Shown in pieces: positions 1 through 9,484 of a stretch of DNA of 64,000 bases. Location: the NCBI GenBank assembly GCA_964291215.2, contig OZ219790.1, positions 1,440,001-1,504,000 of the forward strand. Reading direction: 5' to 3'. Within the stretch, counting starts at the first letter, position 1. Each line of letters starts with the position of its first letter. The DNA is from Alphaproteobacteria bacterium. Lineage in GTDB: Bacteria; Pseudomonadota; Alphaproteobacteria; MPNO01; UBA830. The position numbers were made by a program, and so were the translations under genes. The notes under the pieces were generated by a model. It had not been told where the DNA came from, did not search any database, and was given only the letters and a program-made list of their open reading frames with translations.

Positions 1-1
1 G

Positions 2-859
2 CCAGTACTTAACCCTGTTGCAAGGCTGGCGAAAGAAGCACTGGAACTCCGGGGCAAGGAACGAGGTTCATGCCATAGTCTTAGGGCTGCTTACCGGAAA
101 TTGGCGGATATAGAAAGAAACGACAAAATTCTGACAGGACCTGTGCCAGGAACTCTACCTGAGATAGCGCCGGTGATCGCGCGCATCGATATCGAGTTAG
201 ATGAAAGCGCTGTGAGTGAAGAAACTACAGGAACAACGATAACGCCTTGGGGGGGCGTTGTATTCAAAAAACCGCAAATACCTGCGGAACGAAATAATTC
301 TATTATTTTTGGAACAAGTTTCCACCCCCCAACACAAAACGATTTTCTTCTACGATATTCGGATATGGTCAGAGCGAACTTCAAGAATAGTTTTACGGAA
401 GCGGTCAACATGATTCTTCCGAAAATTCGCGATATAGAAATCCTTACGAACGAAATCGGTGAGTCGTATCTTTCTGCTCACACGAACGACGGTATGCAGT
501 TACCGCTCCACGACTTGGGTGGCGGTGTCCAGCAGTTGTCCCAGTTGTACTTGGGTTTTTTCGGCTCTCGCGGTGGTGCATTTTTTGCGGATGAAATGGA
601 AAACGGACTGCATCATTCCGTTCTGGAAAATGTTTGGTCCCATTCGCGCACGTGGATGCGCGAATGGGACGTGCAATTGGTGGCAACGACCCATAGCGGC
701 GAGTGCATCCGGGCGGCGATGGCTGCGTTCGAGGACGCACCGGACGAACTGGCAATTCACAAGCTCTACAGGAACGGTGAAACGGGGAAAGTGGAGGCGA
801 CGACCTTCACCAGCGGGGCCTTGGAAGGTGCGCGCGAGATCAATCTGGAGACCCGGTAA
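2..859 (+). CDS. AAA/ABC-type ATPase (AAA_15/AAA_21-like), 5'-truncated by window edge
   Basis: Frame is open from base 2. ABC-signature-like LHDLGGG, Walker B FADEMENGLHH and H-loop ATTHS. Visibly more AT-rich than the rest of the window. Confidence 0.8.
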   Translation, partial: PVLNPVARLAKEALELRGKERGSCHSLRAAYRKLADIERNDKILTGPVPGTLPEIAPVIARIDIELDESAVSEETTGTTITPWGGVVFKKPQIPAERNNSIIFGTSFHPPTQNDFLLRYSDMVRANFKNSFTEAVNMILPKIRDIEILTNEIGESYLSAHTNDGMQLPLHDLGGGVQQLSQLYLGFFGSRGGAFFADEMENGLHHSVLENVWSHSRTWMREWDVQLVATTHSGECIRAAMAAFEDAPDELAIHKLYRNGETGKVEATTFTSGALEGAREINLETR

Positions 860-1506
860 TGGCGGCCGCGGACGATGGTGCGCCAAGGCTGGAAATACGT
901 TCGGACTGTCTCTTGCTTGTGGAAGGTCGGGACGAGGTCAACCTGTTCGACCCGCTCCTCAAACACTCTCTCGGCACCACAGGGAAGCGGGACATACAGA
1001 TTATCGATGCGGGGGGAAAGCACAGATTCCGAAATAATCTCGCGGCAATCGCAGCTGCCGCCCGCGTACCGCCGCCACTCCGTGCAATCGGCGCGGTTCG
1101 GGATGCGGACGACAACGCTCGAAGCGCATTCCAGAGCATTTGCTACGCGCTTCGCGATGCCGGCTACGAACCGCCTTCGGCCCATGGAGCGGTTTCGGAC
1201 GGCAACCCGCGGGTGGGCGTTTTCATTCTGCCGGACGGCGCAGGAACCGGCGCTGTCGAGACCCTCTGTCGGCAATCCGTCACCGGGGATAAGGCAAGCC
1301 GGTGCGTCGAAGCCTTTATCGACTGCCTGAAGGAGCGGCGCGTCCTGTGCCCCCGGAATGAGGACAAGACCTTCGCCCATGCTTACCTGGCCGCCGGGAA
1401 GGACCCCGTGGCGCGGGTCGGCGAAGGCGCCCGGCAGGGTGTGTGGGATTTCGGTTCCGAGGCGTTCGCGGAAATGTCCGATTTCCTCCGAGAACTGTTC
1501 GCATAG
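859..1506 (+). CDS. DUF3226-family protein (TOPRIM-like), partner of the AAA ATPase
   Basis: LLLVEGRDE, IGAVRDADD and GVFILPD...GAVETLC motifs. Start overlaps the ATPase stop (TAATG). Confidence 0.7.
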   Translation: MAAADDGAPRLEIRSDCLLLVEGRDEVNLFDPLLKHSLGTTGKRDIQIIDAGGKHRFRNNLAAIAAAARVPPPLRAIGAVRDADDNARSAFQSICYALRDAGYEPPSAHGAVSDGNPRVGVFILPDGAGTGAVETLCRQSVTGDKASRCVEAFIDCLKERRVLCPRNEDKTFAHAYLAAGKDPVARVGEGARQGVWDFGSEAFAEMSDFLRELFA

Positions 1507-1636
1507 GTGCTGTCTGGAATTAGTCGGAACTTGCAAGCGTTCGTCGTGCGGTGATGACGATCTGCGCACGAACGAACGCTTGCCACGTCCGGATACCTAT
1601 TGATCGCGGGCCGCGGCAAGGAGTATCAATAATGGT

Positions 1637-1870
1637 ATGAAAACAACCGTCTCGATTCCCGACGACATTTTCGAACGCGCCGAGCGACTGGCCTTGCAGA
1701 AACGGCGGTCCCGGAGCGAAGGGTACGCGGCCGCGCTCGACGAGGATCTCGCGCGCCATGCGCAGGACGAGGTCACGGACGTAATGGACCGGGTATACGG
1801 CAAGGTCGGAGAGAACGATCGTGCCTTCCTTCCCGCAGCCGGCAAGCAGGTGCTCGCCGACACCGAATAG
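1637..1870 (+). CDS. Ribbon-helix-helix antitoxin (ChpI/MazE-type)
   Basis: MKTTVSIPDDIFERAERLA...SRSE..AAAL pattern, 77 aa. Stop overlaps a GTG that begins a MazF-like N-terminus. Confidence 0.65.
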   Translation: MKTTVSIPDDIFERAERLALQKRRSRSEGYAAALDEDLARHAQDEVTDVMDRVYGKVGENDRAFLPAAGKQVLADTE

Positions 1871-2181
1871 TGATCTCCCGGGGCGATGTGTGCCGGGCCG
1901 GGCGGGGACAGGAGGATCTCGGCGACATGCGGCCGAGGGATCCAGGCTGCTCGCTTCACGACCATACCCTGATCCAGCCGAAGACAGAATTCTCCCACAA
2001 CATCGCGCTCTCGACCCAGACCATATTTCCGAGCCTGATCATCCAGGCACGGTCCGATACCCTGGCTACCCGTCACGTGATTCCGGAGGGCATTGACCGG
2101 TATGAGCTGATCTGGACGTTTTTCGGCCATGCGGAAGACGATGCGGGGACACAGCAGGCGTCCAAAGCCTGCATGACGTGA
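1870..2181 (+). pseudogene. Chimeric remnant: MazF/PemK-like N-terminus joined to a C-terminal fragment of a Rieske ring-hydroxylating oxygenase alpha subunit
   Basis: Starts (M)ISRGDVCRA, like the MazF start ISQGDVWWA. Continues as TIFPSLIIQ...LATRHVIPEGIDRYELIWTFFGHAEDD, resembling the salicylate/terephthalate-type oxygenase alpha C-terminus. Confidence 0.5.
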
Positions 2182-2228
2182 CCCCGCCAGCCGCCACGGA
2201 GCGCATCGAAAATTCTCGGAACAGGGGT

Positions 2229-2304
2229 TGGTGGGCGGTGACGGGATCGAACCGCCGACCTACGCGGTGTAAACGCGTCGCTCTCCCAGCTGAGCTAACC
2301 GCCC
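2229..2304 (-). tRNA. tRNA-Val(TAC)
   Basis: Reverse complement GGGCGGTTAGCTCAGCTGGGAGAGCGACGCGTTTACACCGCGTAGGTCGGCGGTTCGATCCCGTCACCGCCCACCA folds as a 76-nt cloverleaf with anticodon TAC and encoded CCA. Confidence 0.97.
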
Positions 2305-2354
2305 GGTGGCGGGATCTTATCACGGCGGATCGCCCGCCGCACCATGTTCCGGGC

Positions 2355-3812
2355 TCAGGAAAACGCCTCGGGGAACTTCTGTCGCACCTCGGCGGCCAGT
2401 TCGGGCGACGTCATCGCGACATCCGGAAAGTCGTCTATATGCTCGTAGGGAATGCAGGCATCGATGACAACCCTGCTGTTGTAGAGCCGGTCGTCGAAGA
2501 CCATCGTGTCGAGACGCGACGACCAGTTGCGGTCGAGCACCGTGAAGTCGCGCTTCGGATCAGACCGCGTTCCCATGGCCCAGATGACGTCGTTGATGTC
2601 GGTCGGATCGATGTCGTCGTCGACGACAACGATGTAGCGCCCGACATAGCCTGTCGGGTTGACCTGCGAGGCCACAAGCCCGACCTGGTTGGCATGGCCG
2701 AAATAGCGCTGCTTGATCGACACCGCGACGAAGGTACGGCCCGACCCGGCCTGATGGACCCAGACACCCTTGACGTCCGGAATGCCGGCGCCCTCGAGCG
2801 AATCGAGAAGCCCGGCCGAACGGATGAAGCAACGCTCGAACAGGTGCGAATGAGGCGGCTTCTGGCTAGCGGCGCAGGTCAGGATGGGATTGTCGCGATA
2901 ATAGGCCCGCTCGATATGGATCAGCGGTTCCTCCCGGGCGGCGCCGGCATAGTAGCCGGTCCATTCGCCGAACGGCCCCTCGAGCGCGGTCTCGTCCGCA
3001 GATACCCACCCCTCAAGCACCAGTTCCGAGCGGGCCGGGAACGGCAGTCCGGTAACCTCGCCCTCGACGCATTCGAGCGGCTGTCCCGCGAGACCGCCGG
3101 CCCAGTCGAGTTCAGGGACGTTATCGGCGAGCGTATAGCGCGCAGCGACATAAGTCGCCGGGTCGATGCCGACGACGATGACCATCGGGCATTTCCGGCC
3201 CTCGCTCAGATATTTGTCGCGATGGATCCGGCCCTGCTTGCCGTTCGAGATGTACGACGTGGCGAGGTTCCTGCCGTTGAGCATGACGCGGTAGGTGCCG
3301 ACATTGACGCGGCCGCTGTCGGGATCGCGGGTAACAACACCGCAGGCGGTTCCGATATAGCGCCCGCCGTCCTTCTCGTGGTGCACAGGCACGGGAAACT
3401 TCGCGAGATCGACATCATCGCCACGGTCGATGTTCTCGAGCACGGGACCGTCGGCGACGATGCGCGGCGGCATCGGCTCGTACTGGCGGATCCTCTTCCT
3501 GTAGAGGTCGAGCATGGCGCGCCGGTCGCCTGAGACAGATGGGTCGAGTCCGAGCGCGAGGGCGAGACGCAGCGGCGAACCCAGCATGCCATAGAGGCAG
3601 CGGAAGCCCTCCGGATAGTCCGTTACGCGGTCGAACAGCAACAGCGGCGAGCGGTCGACCTTCTCGCGATAGAGAACCTCGGTGACGGCGCCGATTTCCT
3701 TGTCCCAGTGAGCGCCGTCGACGGTCCGCAACTCGCCGCCATCGGCGACCGCGGCGAGGAAGTCGCGGAGATCGGTCTGCACCTGCCGGTTGGAGCCGGT
3801 CTGGCCTGTCAT
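2355..3812 (-). CDS. UbiD-family (prFMN-dependent) decarboxylase, copy 2
   Basis: DGGRYIGT, NVGTYRVM, EGPFGEWTGYY and VVVDDDIDP motifs. ATG at 3812 has a GGAGG RBS. Confidence 0.92.
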   Translation of the reverse strand: MTGQTGSNRQVQTDLRDFLAAVADGGELRTVDGAHWDKEIGAVTEVLYREKVDRSPLLLFDRVTDYPEGFRCLYGMLGSPLRLALALGLDPSVSGDRRAMLDLYRKRIRQYEPMPPRIVADGPVLENIDRGDDVDLAKFPVPVHHEKDGGRYIGTACGVVTRDPDSGRVNVGTYRVMLNGRNLATSYISNGKQGRIHRDKYLSEGRKCPMVIVVGIDPATYVAARYTLADNVPELDWAGGLAGQPLECVEGEVTGLPFPARSELVLEGWVSADETALEGPFGEWTGYYAGAAREEPLIHIERAYYRDNPILTCAASQKPPHSHLFERCFIRSAGLLDSLEGAGIPDVKGVWVHQAGSGRTFVAVSIKQRYFGHANQVGLVASQVNPTGYVGRYIVVVDDDIDPTDINDVIWAMGTRSDPKRDFTVLDRNWSSRLDTMVFDDRLYNSRVVIDACIPYEHIDDFPDVAMTSPELAAEVRQKFPEAFS

Positions 3813-3964
3813 TTCGTTCCTCCGTCCGCGCCGGCCGCACCACGGACGACCGAAAGGTTCCGCTGCAGAGCGGCCGGGCAGTTTCTCCCGGGATCGGACG
3901 GCGGCGCGGGACCGGCAGCGGGGCAAGCCGGGAGCCGCAGCGCGCCGCTCCCGGCCGGGTCAGG

Positions 3965-5473
3965 TCAGTCGCAGAGGTGGCCCCACTTCTCGCGCGATTC
4001 CTGGGCAATTTCCCGCGACGGCGCGTTCACCGGCGGAAACTCGTCCTTCCAGTGAAACGGGCGGCACGCGTCGATGATCGCACGGCTGTTGGTGAGGTTG
4101 CCCTTCTCCTTCTCCCACGGCGGAATCCGCGGATCAAGATGGGTGGACCAGGCATTGTGGATGATGTCGATCGACGTTGCCGGATCCGACCGCGTGAGCA
4201 TCGCCCAGATGAGTTCCTCGAGATCCGAGACGTCGACATCCTCGTCGGTGACGATGACGTACTTGCCGGCATAGGCGCCAACATGGCACTGGCAGGCGAT
4301 ATGGCCGGCCTGCCTAGCGTGGCCGGGATAACGCTGCTTGATCGAGACGCCGATCAGCATACGCGCAGTGCCGACCTCGTGAAGCCACGCCGCGGTGACG
4401 TCAGGCACGCCGGCCTTGGCGATGTTCTCCTTGAGGAGAGCCGAGCGCGTCACGGCACGGTAGCGCGCAAGCTCGTCAGGCGGACGCTGCGGCGGACAGC
4501 CGAGGAGGATGGGATTGTTGCGATAGTAGACCGCCTTGACTTCCATCACCGGCTCCTCGCGCATCAGCGAACCGTAATAGCCGGTCCACTCTCCGAAGGG
4601 GCCCTCAGGCCGCTTGTCAACCGGATGCACGAACCCCTCGAGCACGATTTCCGCGTCGGCGGGGAACGGAAGACCGGTATGCCGGCCCTCGATCATCTTC
4701 ATCGCCTTGCCGCGGAAGCCGCCAACGACATCGAACTCGCAGACGCCGGGCGGGACCTCGGAGCATCCCATCAGGAAGGTCATCGGATCGCCGCCGCAGA
4801 CGATGATCGCCGGCATCGGTTCGTTCCGCTGCTGGTACTTGTCGCGGTGGATGCGCCCGTGCTTGCCCGGCGAGATGTAGAAGCCAACCTCGTTCCTGCT
4901 GTGGACCATGACGCGGTAGGTGCCGATGTTGATCCAGCCGGTGTCCGGATCACGGGTCACATTGTAGGACCCGGTGCCGATGTAGCGGCCGCCATCCTGT
5001 TCGTGCCACATCGGGGTCGGGAAGGTCTCGACATCGATGTCGTCGCCCTCCATGACGTTTTCGAGGACAGGGCCGTCGGTGACGATCTCGTGCGGGATCT
5101 CGCGGAGATCCGCCATGTAGTTCTCGCGGAAGGAATCGGTGAGCTCGAGCTTCCGCATTTCGGCATCAAAGCCGAGCGTCATGTTGGCCCGCTTGCCGGC
5201 GAAGAAGTTGACCAGTACCCGCGAGCCGTCGAGCGATCCGGGAATGTTCTCGAAAACCACGCAGGGCGCCTTCTCGTCATGAAGCACCACTTCCGAGGCC
5301 ATGCCGATGTCGCGTTCCCAGGTCGCGCCCTCAACATGCTTCACCTCGCCAAGCTTCTCCGCTTCCTCAAGCCAGTCGCGAAGATTGTCGTACGGTATGC
5401 GAAGCTCGTTCGGGGCGAGGGCAACGGGCCCGCCGGACACCTTGCCAATCGCATTTCCCATATCGTCGGCCAT
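3965..5473 (-). CDS. UbiD-family (prFMN-dependent) decarboxylase, copy 1
   Basis: DGGRYIGTG, NIGTYRVM, EGPFGEWTGYY and VTDEDVDV motifs. Start placed at MADDM. Confidence 0.92.
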   Translation of the reverse strand: MADDMGNAIGKVSGGPVALAPNELRIPYDNLRDWLEEAEKLGEVKHVEGATWERDIGMASEVVLHDEKAPCVVFENIPGSLDGSRVLVNFFAGKRANMTLGFDAEMRKLELTDSFRENYMADLREIPHEIVTDGPVLENVMEGDDIDVETFPTPMWHEQDGGRYIGTGSYNVTRDPDTGWINIGTYRVMVHSRNEVGFYISPGKHGRIHRDKYQQRNEPMPAIIVCGGDPMTFLMGCSEVPPGVCEFDVVGGFRGKAMKMIEGRHTGLPFPADAEIVLEGFVHPVDKRPEGPFGEWTGYYGSLMREEPVMEVKAVYYRNNPILLGCPPQRPPDELARYRAVTRSALLKENIAKAGVPDVTAAWLHEVGTARMLIGVSIKQRYPGHARQAGHIACQCHVGAYAGKYVIVTDEDVDVSDLEELIWAMLTRSDPATSIDIIHNAWSTHLDPRIPPWEKEKGNLTNSRAIIDACRPFHWKDEFPPVNAPSREIAQESREKWGHLCD

Positions 5474-5675
5474 TAGCCTGTTTCCTTCTGCTGATTTGCT
5501 GATGATTGCCGGATAGCGACTGCGGTTGCCGCCCGCCACGCAATGTCCTGCTGACCACTGCCGATAATACGGCGATCCGCCCCGCAGCACAAACCGGCAC
5601 CCCATGATCAATGACGGATCACGGGGTGTGCGGGTCCCGGATGGCAGCGGACGCAGGCATGAATCGGCCCGGGGG

Positions 5676-6377
5676 TCACCGGGCCTCACGCGCCCTTATC
5701 GCATGGAAGAGATGGGTTACTAATGCGGCGCCGAAGACGGGCGCCAGCAAGTTAATCACTGGAATCATCATCATGAAGGTGATCGCGACACCGGCCACGA
5801 ACAGCGGACGGCGATGTGATTTCCGCCAGTCCGCGGCCTGTGCCGGCGGCAACCGCCGCAGAATCACGATGTCGGCATATTCCCGCCCCACGAGCCAGCC
5901 GTTGAGCAGGTAGAACAGCGTCAGGCTCACCACCGGAACCAGGAGCCCGACAAGGTAGACCGGGGCGGCAAAGAGGTTGACGGCGACGAGAAGCGCGGTA
6001 AAGCGGATACTGGCGGCAACGCTGTCGGTCAGCCCGAGCCCCGGAACCGGAGGCAGCTCCGGATAGTTGATCTCCTCGACGCGGGCGACGACGCGATCGA
6101 GAAAGAACGCAGCGACATTCTGCGCGACGACGACAAAGCAGAACCACAACAGCATCGCGAAACCGGCCACCGCGAGAAGGCCGGCGATGACGCTGGCCAG
6201 CCAGCCCGGCAGCAGGCCCGCCGCCCACGCTCCGGGATCGAGGCTGTCAACGCCGACAAACAGCAGCGCGAGCACCGCAGCGAACAGAGCCATGGTCCAG
6301 AGCACGATTGCCATGAGGACGGCGCGTATCCGGGCGTCGCGCAAGTCGGCAATCCCGCGAACAAGTGCTCTGATCAT
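5676..6377 (-). CDS. EI24/CysZ-like membrane protein
   Basis: Hydrophobic helices with LNGWLVGREY and IPVINLLAPV motifs. Confidence 0.75.
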   Translation of the reverse strand: MIRALVRGIADLRDARIRAVLMAIVLWTMALFAAVLALLFVGVDSLDPGAWAAGLLPGWLASVIAGLLAVAGFAMLLWFCFVVVAQNVAAFFLDRVVARVEEINYPELPPVPGLGLTDSVAASIRFTALLVAVNLFAAPVYLVGLLVPVVSLTLFYLLNGWLVGREYADIVILRRLPPAQAADWRKSHRRPLFVAGVAITFMMMIPVINLLAPVFGAALVTHLFHAIRAREAR

Positions 6378-6540
6378 GACCCTTCACTCGTCGTGTACAC
6401 GCTATTCCTGCGCCGCCAGGCGCCGACCCCGGACAGCGGCCGGCGAATCCGTTCCAATCCGCTGCACCATGTCATACCCTGTCCGGGCCCCGGGCACTTC
6501 CCGGCCCGATGAGCGATGCCCGACAGCCGACGAGGACAAC

Positions 6541-8367
6541 ATGCACGACCATCCGGACGATTTTTCCCGCCACGAAGCTCCCGTCAACCTGCCGTCCAAC
6601 AGGGCGGACCCCGAATATGTTTCGGACGCCATAGCGGAGCTGCTTGGCGCGATGGATTTCGGGTATGTGTTCCTTCTTCCCGGCGCAAGCTACCGGGGCC
6701 TGCACGACTCCCTGGTCAATCACAACCGCAACCTGAACCCGCAGATCATTCTTGCAACCAGCGAACTCTCGGCCGCATCGATGGCGCACGGCTACGCCAA
6801 GGCCGCCGGCAAGCCGTCGCTCTGCATACTGCACGACCTCGTCGGCGTCATGAACGGCTCCATGGGCCTCTACAACGCCTGGTGCGACCGCGCGCCCGTG
6901 GTCTTCCTCGGCGGCGCGGGACCGCTCGATCCCGACCGGAGGCGGTTCATCGACTGGGTCCATTCCGCAAGCACCCAGTCCGATATCGTCAAGAAGTGGG
7001 TGAAGTGGGCCGACGAGCCTCCGACCGCCAACACCATGCTCAAATCCATTCTCCGCGGCCGCAAGATCGCCGCCACCCCGCCGGCCGGGCCCGTTTACGT
7101 CTCCATCGACAGCCACGTCCAGGAGGAGCCCGCCGGCGAAGACATCGAGATGCCAGATCCGGGCCTTGCGCGTTTCGACCCGCCGGCGCCGATGGCGCCG
7201 AACGCCGAGGCCCTTGCCCGGGCTTCCCGATGGATCGCCGGTGCAGAATTTCCCGTAATCGTCGGCGGACGCCTCGGAATCCACGAGAGAATGCGCGCAC
7301 CCCTGATCGAGCTTCTCGACCTGTCCGGCGCCGGCGGCCTCAACGACCGCGCCGTCTTCTGCTGGCCGAGCGATCATCCGCAGAACCTCTCGGGCGACCG
7401 CAACGCGCTTCTTGAAGCGGACGTGGTGGTGTGCATCGATGTCATCGACATCAACCAGACGATGGGGGCCTACGCGGTTCGCAGGCGGTCGGACCAACTC
7501 GAGGCGAGGCAGAAGCCGCCGCCGAGGGTTGTCGACCTCTCGCTCAATGCCGTAGATCACACATCCTGGTCAGGTTTCGGCGGGCCGGTTCCGCCGATCG
7601 ACCTGCAGATTGCCTGCGAGCCCGAGCACGGGCTGCGGTGCCTGATCGCGGAGCTGAAGACGGCGATCGGAGAGAGCGCCACCGCCGAGGCACGCATGGT
7701 GGAGCGCAAGGAGAGGCTGGCAGCGCGCCACGACGCGTTGCGCGCAGCCCAGGCCGAGGCGGCGCAAACCGGCTGGGATTCGTCGCCGCTGAAGATCGAG
7801 CGCATGATCCACGAGGTCTATCAGGCGGTGAAAGACCGGCCCTGGCTGCTCGCAACCGCCAACCACCGCAGTTTCAGCGAGGCGGTATGGAGTTTTCCGG
7901 GCGCCGGCGCCTACCTTGGCGCCGACGGCGGGGGCGGCGTCGGCTACAATGCGTCCGCAGCGATTGGCGCCGCGCTCGCCTGCCGCAGCCAGGGCCGCTT
8001 CTGCGTCGCGATCGGTGGAGACGGAGACTACCTGATGGCGCCCGGCTGCATATGGACGGCCGCCCATTACGGCATTCCGCTCCTCTACGTGATCAACAAC
8101 AACTCGACCTGGGGCAATGACGAGGTGCACCAGATGGAGGTTGCACACAATCGAAGTCGACCGTCCGAAAACGCCTGGATCGGCCAGGCGATGCGCGATC
8201 CGGCGATCAATTTCGCCAAAGTCGCGCGCGGTTTCGGGGCTTGGGCCGAGGGTCCCGTCAGCGACCCGGACAGCCTCGCCCGGGCACTTGGCGAAGCCGT
8301 GCGCGAAGTCGAGAAAGGGCGCGTCGCGGTGCTCGACGTCGCCACGAGCCTGGGTGCCATCTCGTAG
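6541..8367 (+). CDS. Thiamine-diphosphate-dependent enzyme (acetolactate synthase/benzoylformate decarboxylase superfamily)
   Basis: PGASYRGLHDSL and AHGYAK at the N-terminus; ThDP-binding motif GDGD...NNN. ATG at 6541 follows a GAGGA RBS. Confidence 0.88.
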   Translation: MHDHPDDFSRHEAPVNLPSNRADPEYVSDAIAELLGAMDFGYVFLLPGASYRGLHDSLVNHNRNLNPQIILATSELSAASMAHGYAKAAGKPSLCILHDLVGVMNGSMGLYNAWCDRAPVVFLGGAGPLDPDRRRFIDWVHSASTQSDIVKKWVKWADEPPTANTMLKSILRGRKIAATPPAGPVYVSIDSHVQEEPAGEDIEMPDPGLARFDPPAPMAPNAEALARASRWIAGAEFPVIVGGRLGIHERMRAPLIELLDLSGAGGLNDRAVFCWPSDHPQNLSGDRNALLEADVVVCIDVIDINQTMGAYAVRRRSDQLEARQKPPPRVVDLSLNAVDHTSWSGFGGPVPPIDLQIACEPEHGLRCLIAELKTAIGESATAEARMVERKERLAARHDALRAAQAEAAQTGWDSSPLKIERMIHEVYQAVKDRPWLLATANHRSFSEAVWSFPGAGAYLGADGGGGVGYNASAAIGAALACRSQGRFCVAIGGDGDYLMAPGCIWTAAHYGIPLLYVINNNSTWGNDEVHQMEVAHNRSRPSENAWIGQAMRDPAINFAKVARGFGAWAEGPVSDPDSLARALGEAVREVEKGRVAVLDVATSLGAIS

Positions 8368-8397
8368 CGCGCCCCCAGCTGGCGGGTCCGCTCCCGA

Positions 8398-9384
8398 TCA
8401 TTGCAGCAGATCGTCCTCGCCGGCGATGAAACGCGGCTCCTCGCCGACAAGCAGCCGGCGCGCGTTCTCGGCGCCGCGGCGGACAAACCCGGCGATGGCG
8501 CCATCGGTCATCGCCGAATTGTGCGGCGATGCGATCACGTTGGGTTGCTCAAGGAACGGATAGTCAAGCGCGAACCGGCCGTGGCGGATCGGCTCGACCC
8601 ACCAGGCCTCGAGACAGGCGGTGAATTCCGGCTGCGCCTGCAGGTGACGGTACAGGGCCCCCTGATCGACGATCTCGCCGCGCGCGACATTGACGAGGAT
8701 GGCGTCCCGCTTCATGCGCCCGAGACGGGCGGCATCGAGAATTCCCTCGGTCCGCCGCGTCAACGCCACCGTGATCACGAGGATGTCCGAGGCCTCCAGC
8801 ACCCGGTCAAGATCGTCGAGCGTGCCAATGAAATCGACCGGATCCTCCGTTCTCCCGGACCGGTTGAGCGCCTGGATCCGGACATCGAGGTGCCGCATGA
8901 GCCGTGCGACCTCGCGACCGGTCTGGCCGTAACCGAGAATGCCGCAGACCCGGCCGGCGAGACGCTTCGTCGACTTGAACTGGTTGAACTTGCCGCCACG
9001 CATCGCCTCGTGTTCCTGTGGCAGGCGCTTTGCCGCACTCAGGGCCATGGCCAGCACATGCTCGGCCATCGGTTCGGCATAAGCACCGGCGTTGTAGGCC
9101 ACCGAGATATGGCCGGGCCAGGAACGGAGCGGCAGGAAGTCAATCCCCGCGGTCAGGCACTGGAGGAGCCGGCAGTTGTCGAGCCTGCCAATGGCGTCAC
9201 TGCCGAGATCGGTGAAAGGATCGTAGCTCAGCAGAACGTCACTCGCGCGAAGGACGGCGTCGCGATCGCTATCCTTCTCGTCAGGCCAGTAGCGAATCTC
9301 GGCGATGTCCGCCAGCGCGTCCGCTATCGCTGCGCGCTCCGCCGCTCTGGCGGCGAAGGTCACGAGCACCGTCGGGCGCGTCAT
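8398..9384 (-). CDS. D-isomer-specific 2-hydroxyacid dehydrogenase
   Basis: GILGYGQTG Rossmann motif, LVNVARG and SPHNS motifs. Confidence 0.88.
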   Translation of the reverse strand: MTRPTVLVTFAARAAERAAIADALADIAEIRYWPDEKDSDRDAVLRASDVLLSYDPFTDLGSDAIGRLDNCRLLQCLTAGIDFLPLRSWPGHISVAYNAGAYAEPMAEHVLAMALSAAKRLPQEHEAMRGGKFNQFKSTKRLAGRVCGILGYGQTGREVARLMRHLDVRIQALNRSGRTEDPVDFIGTLDDLDRVLEASDILVITVALTRRTEGILDAARLGRMKRDAILVNVARGEIVDQGALYRHLQAQPEFTACLEAWWVEPIRHGRFALDYPFLEQPNVIASPHNSAMTDGAIAGFVRRGAENARRLLVGEEPRFIAGEDDLLQ

Positions 9385-9484
9385 GGCGCAATCCGGCCCC
9401 GATCCGGCTTCGCAGGCGGGCGTGCGGCCGCACCGAGCATCGCGTCCAAGTCTTGACTTTCCATCTCTTCCTGATCCCTCCGGC

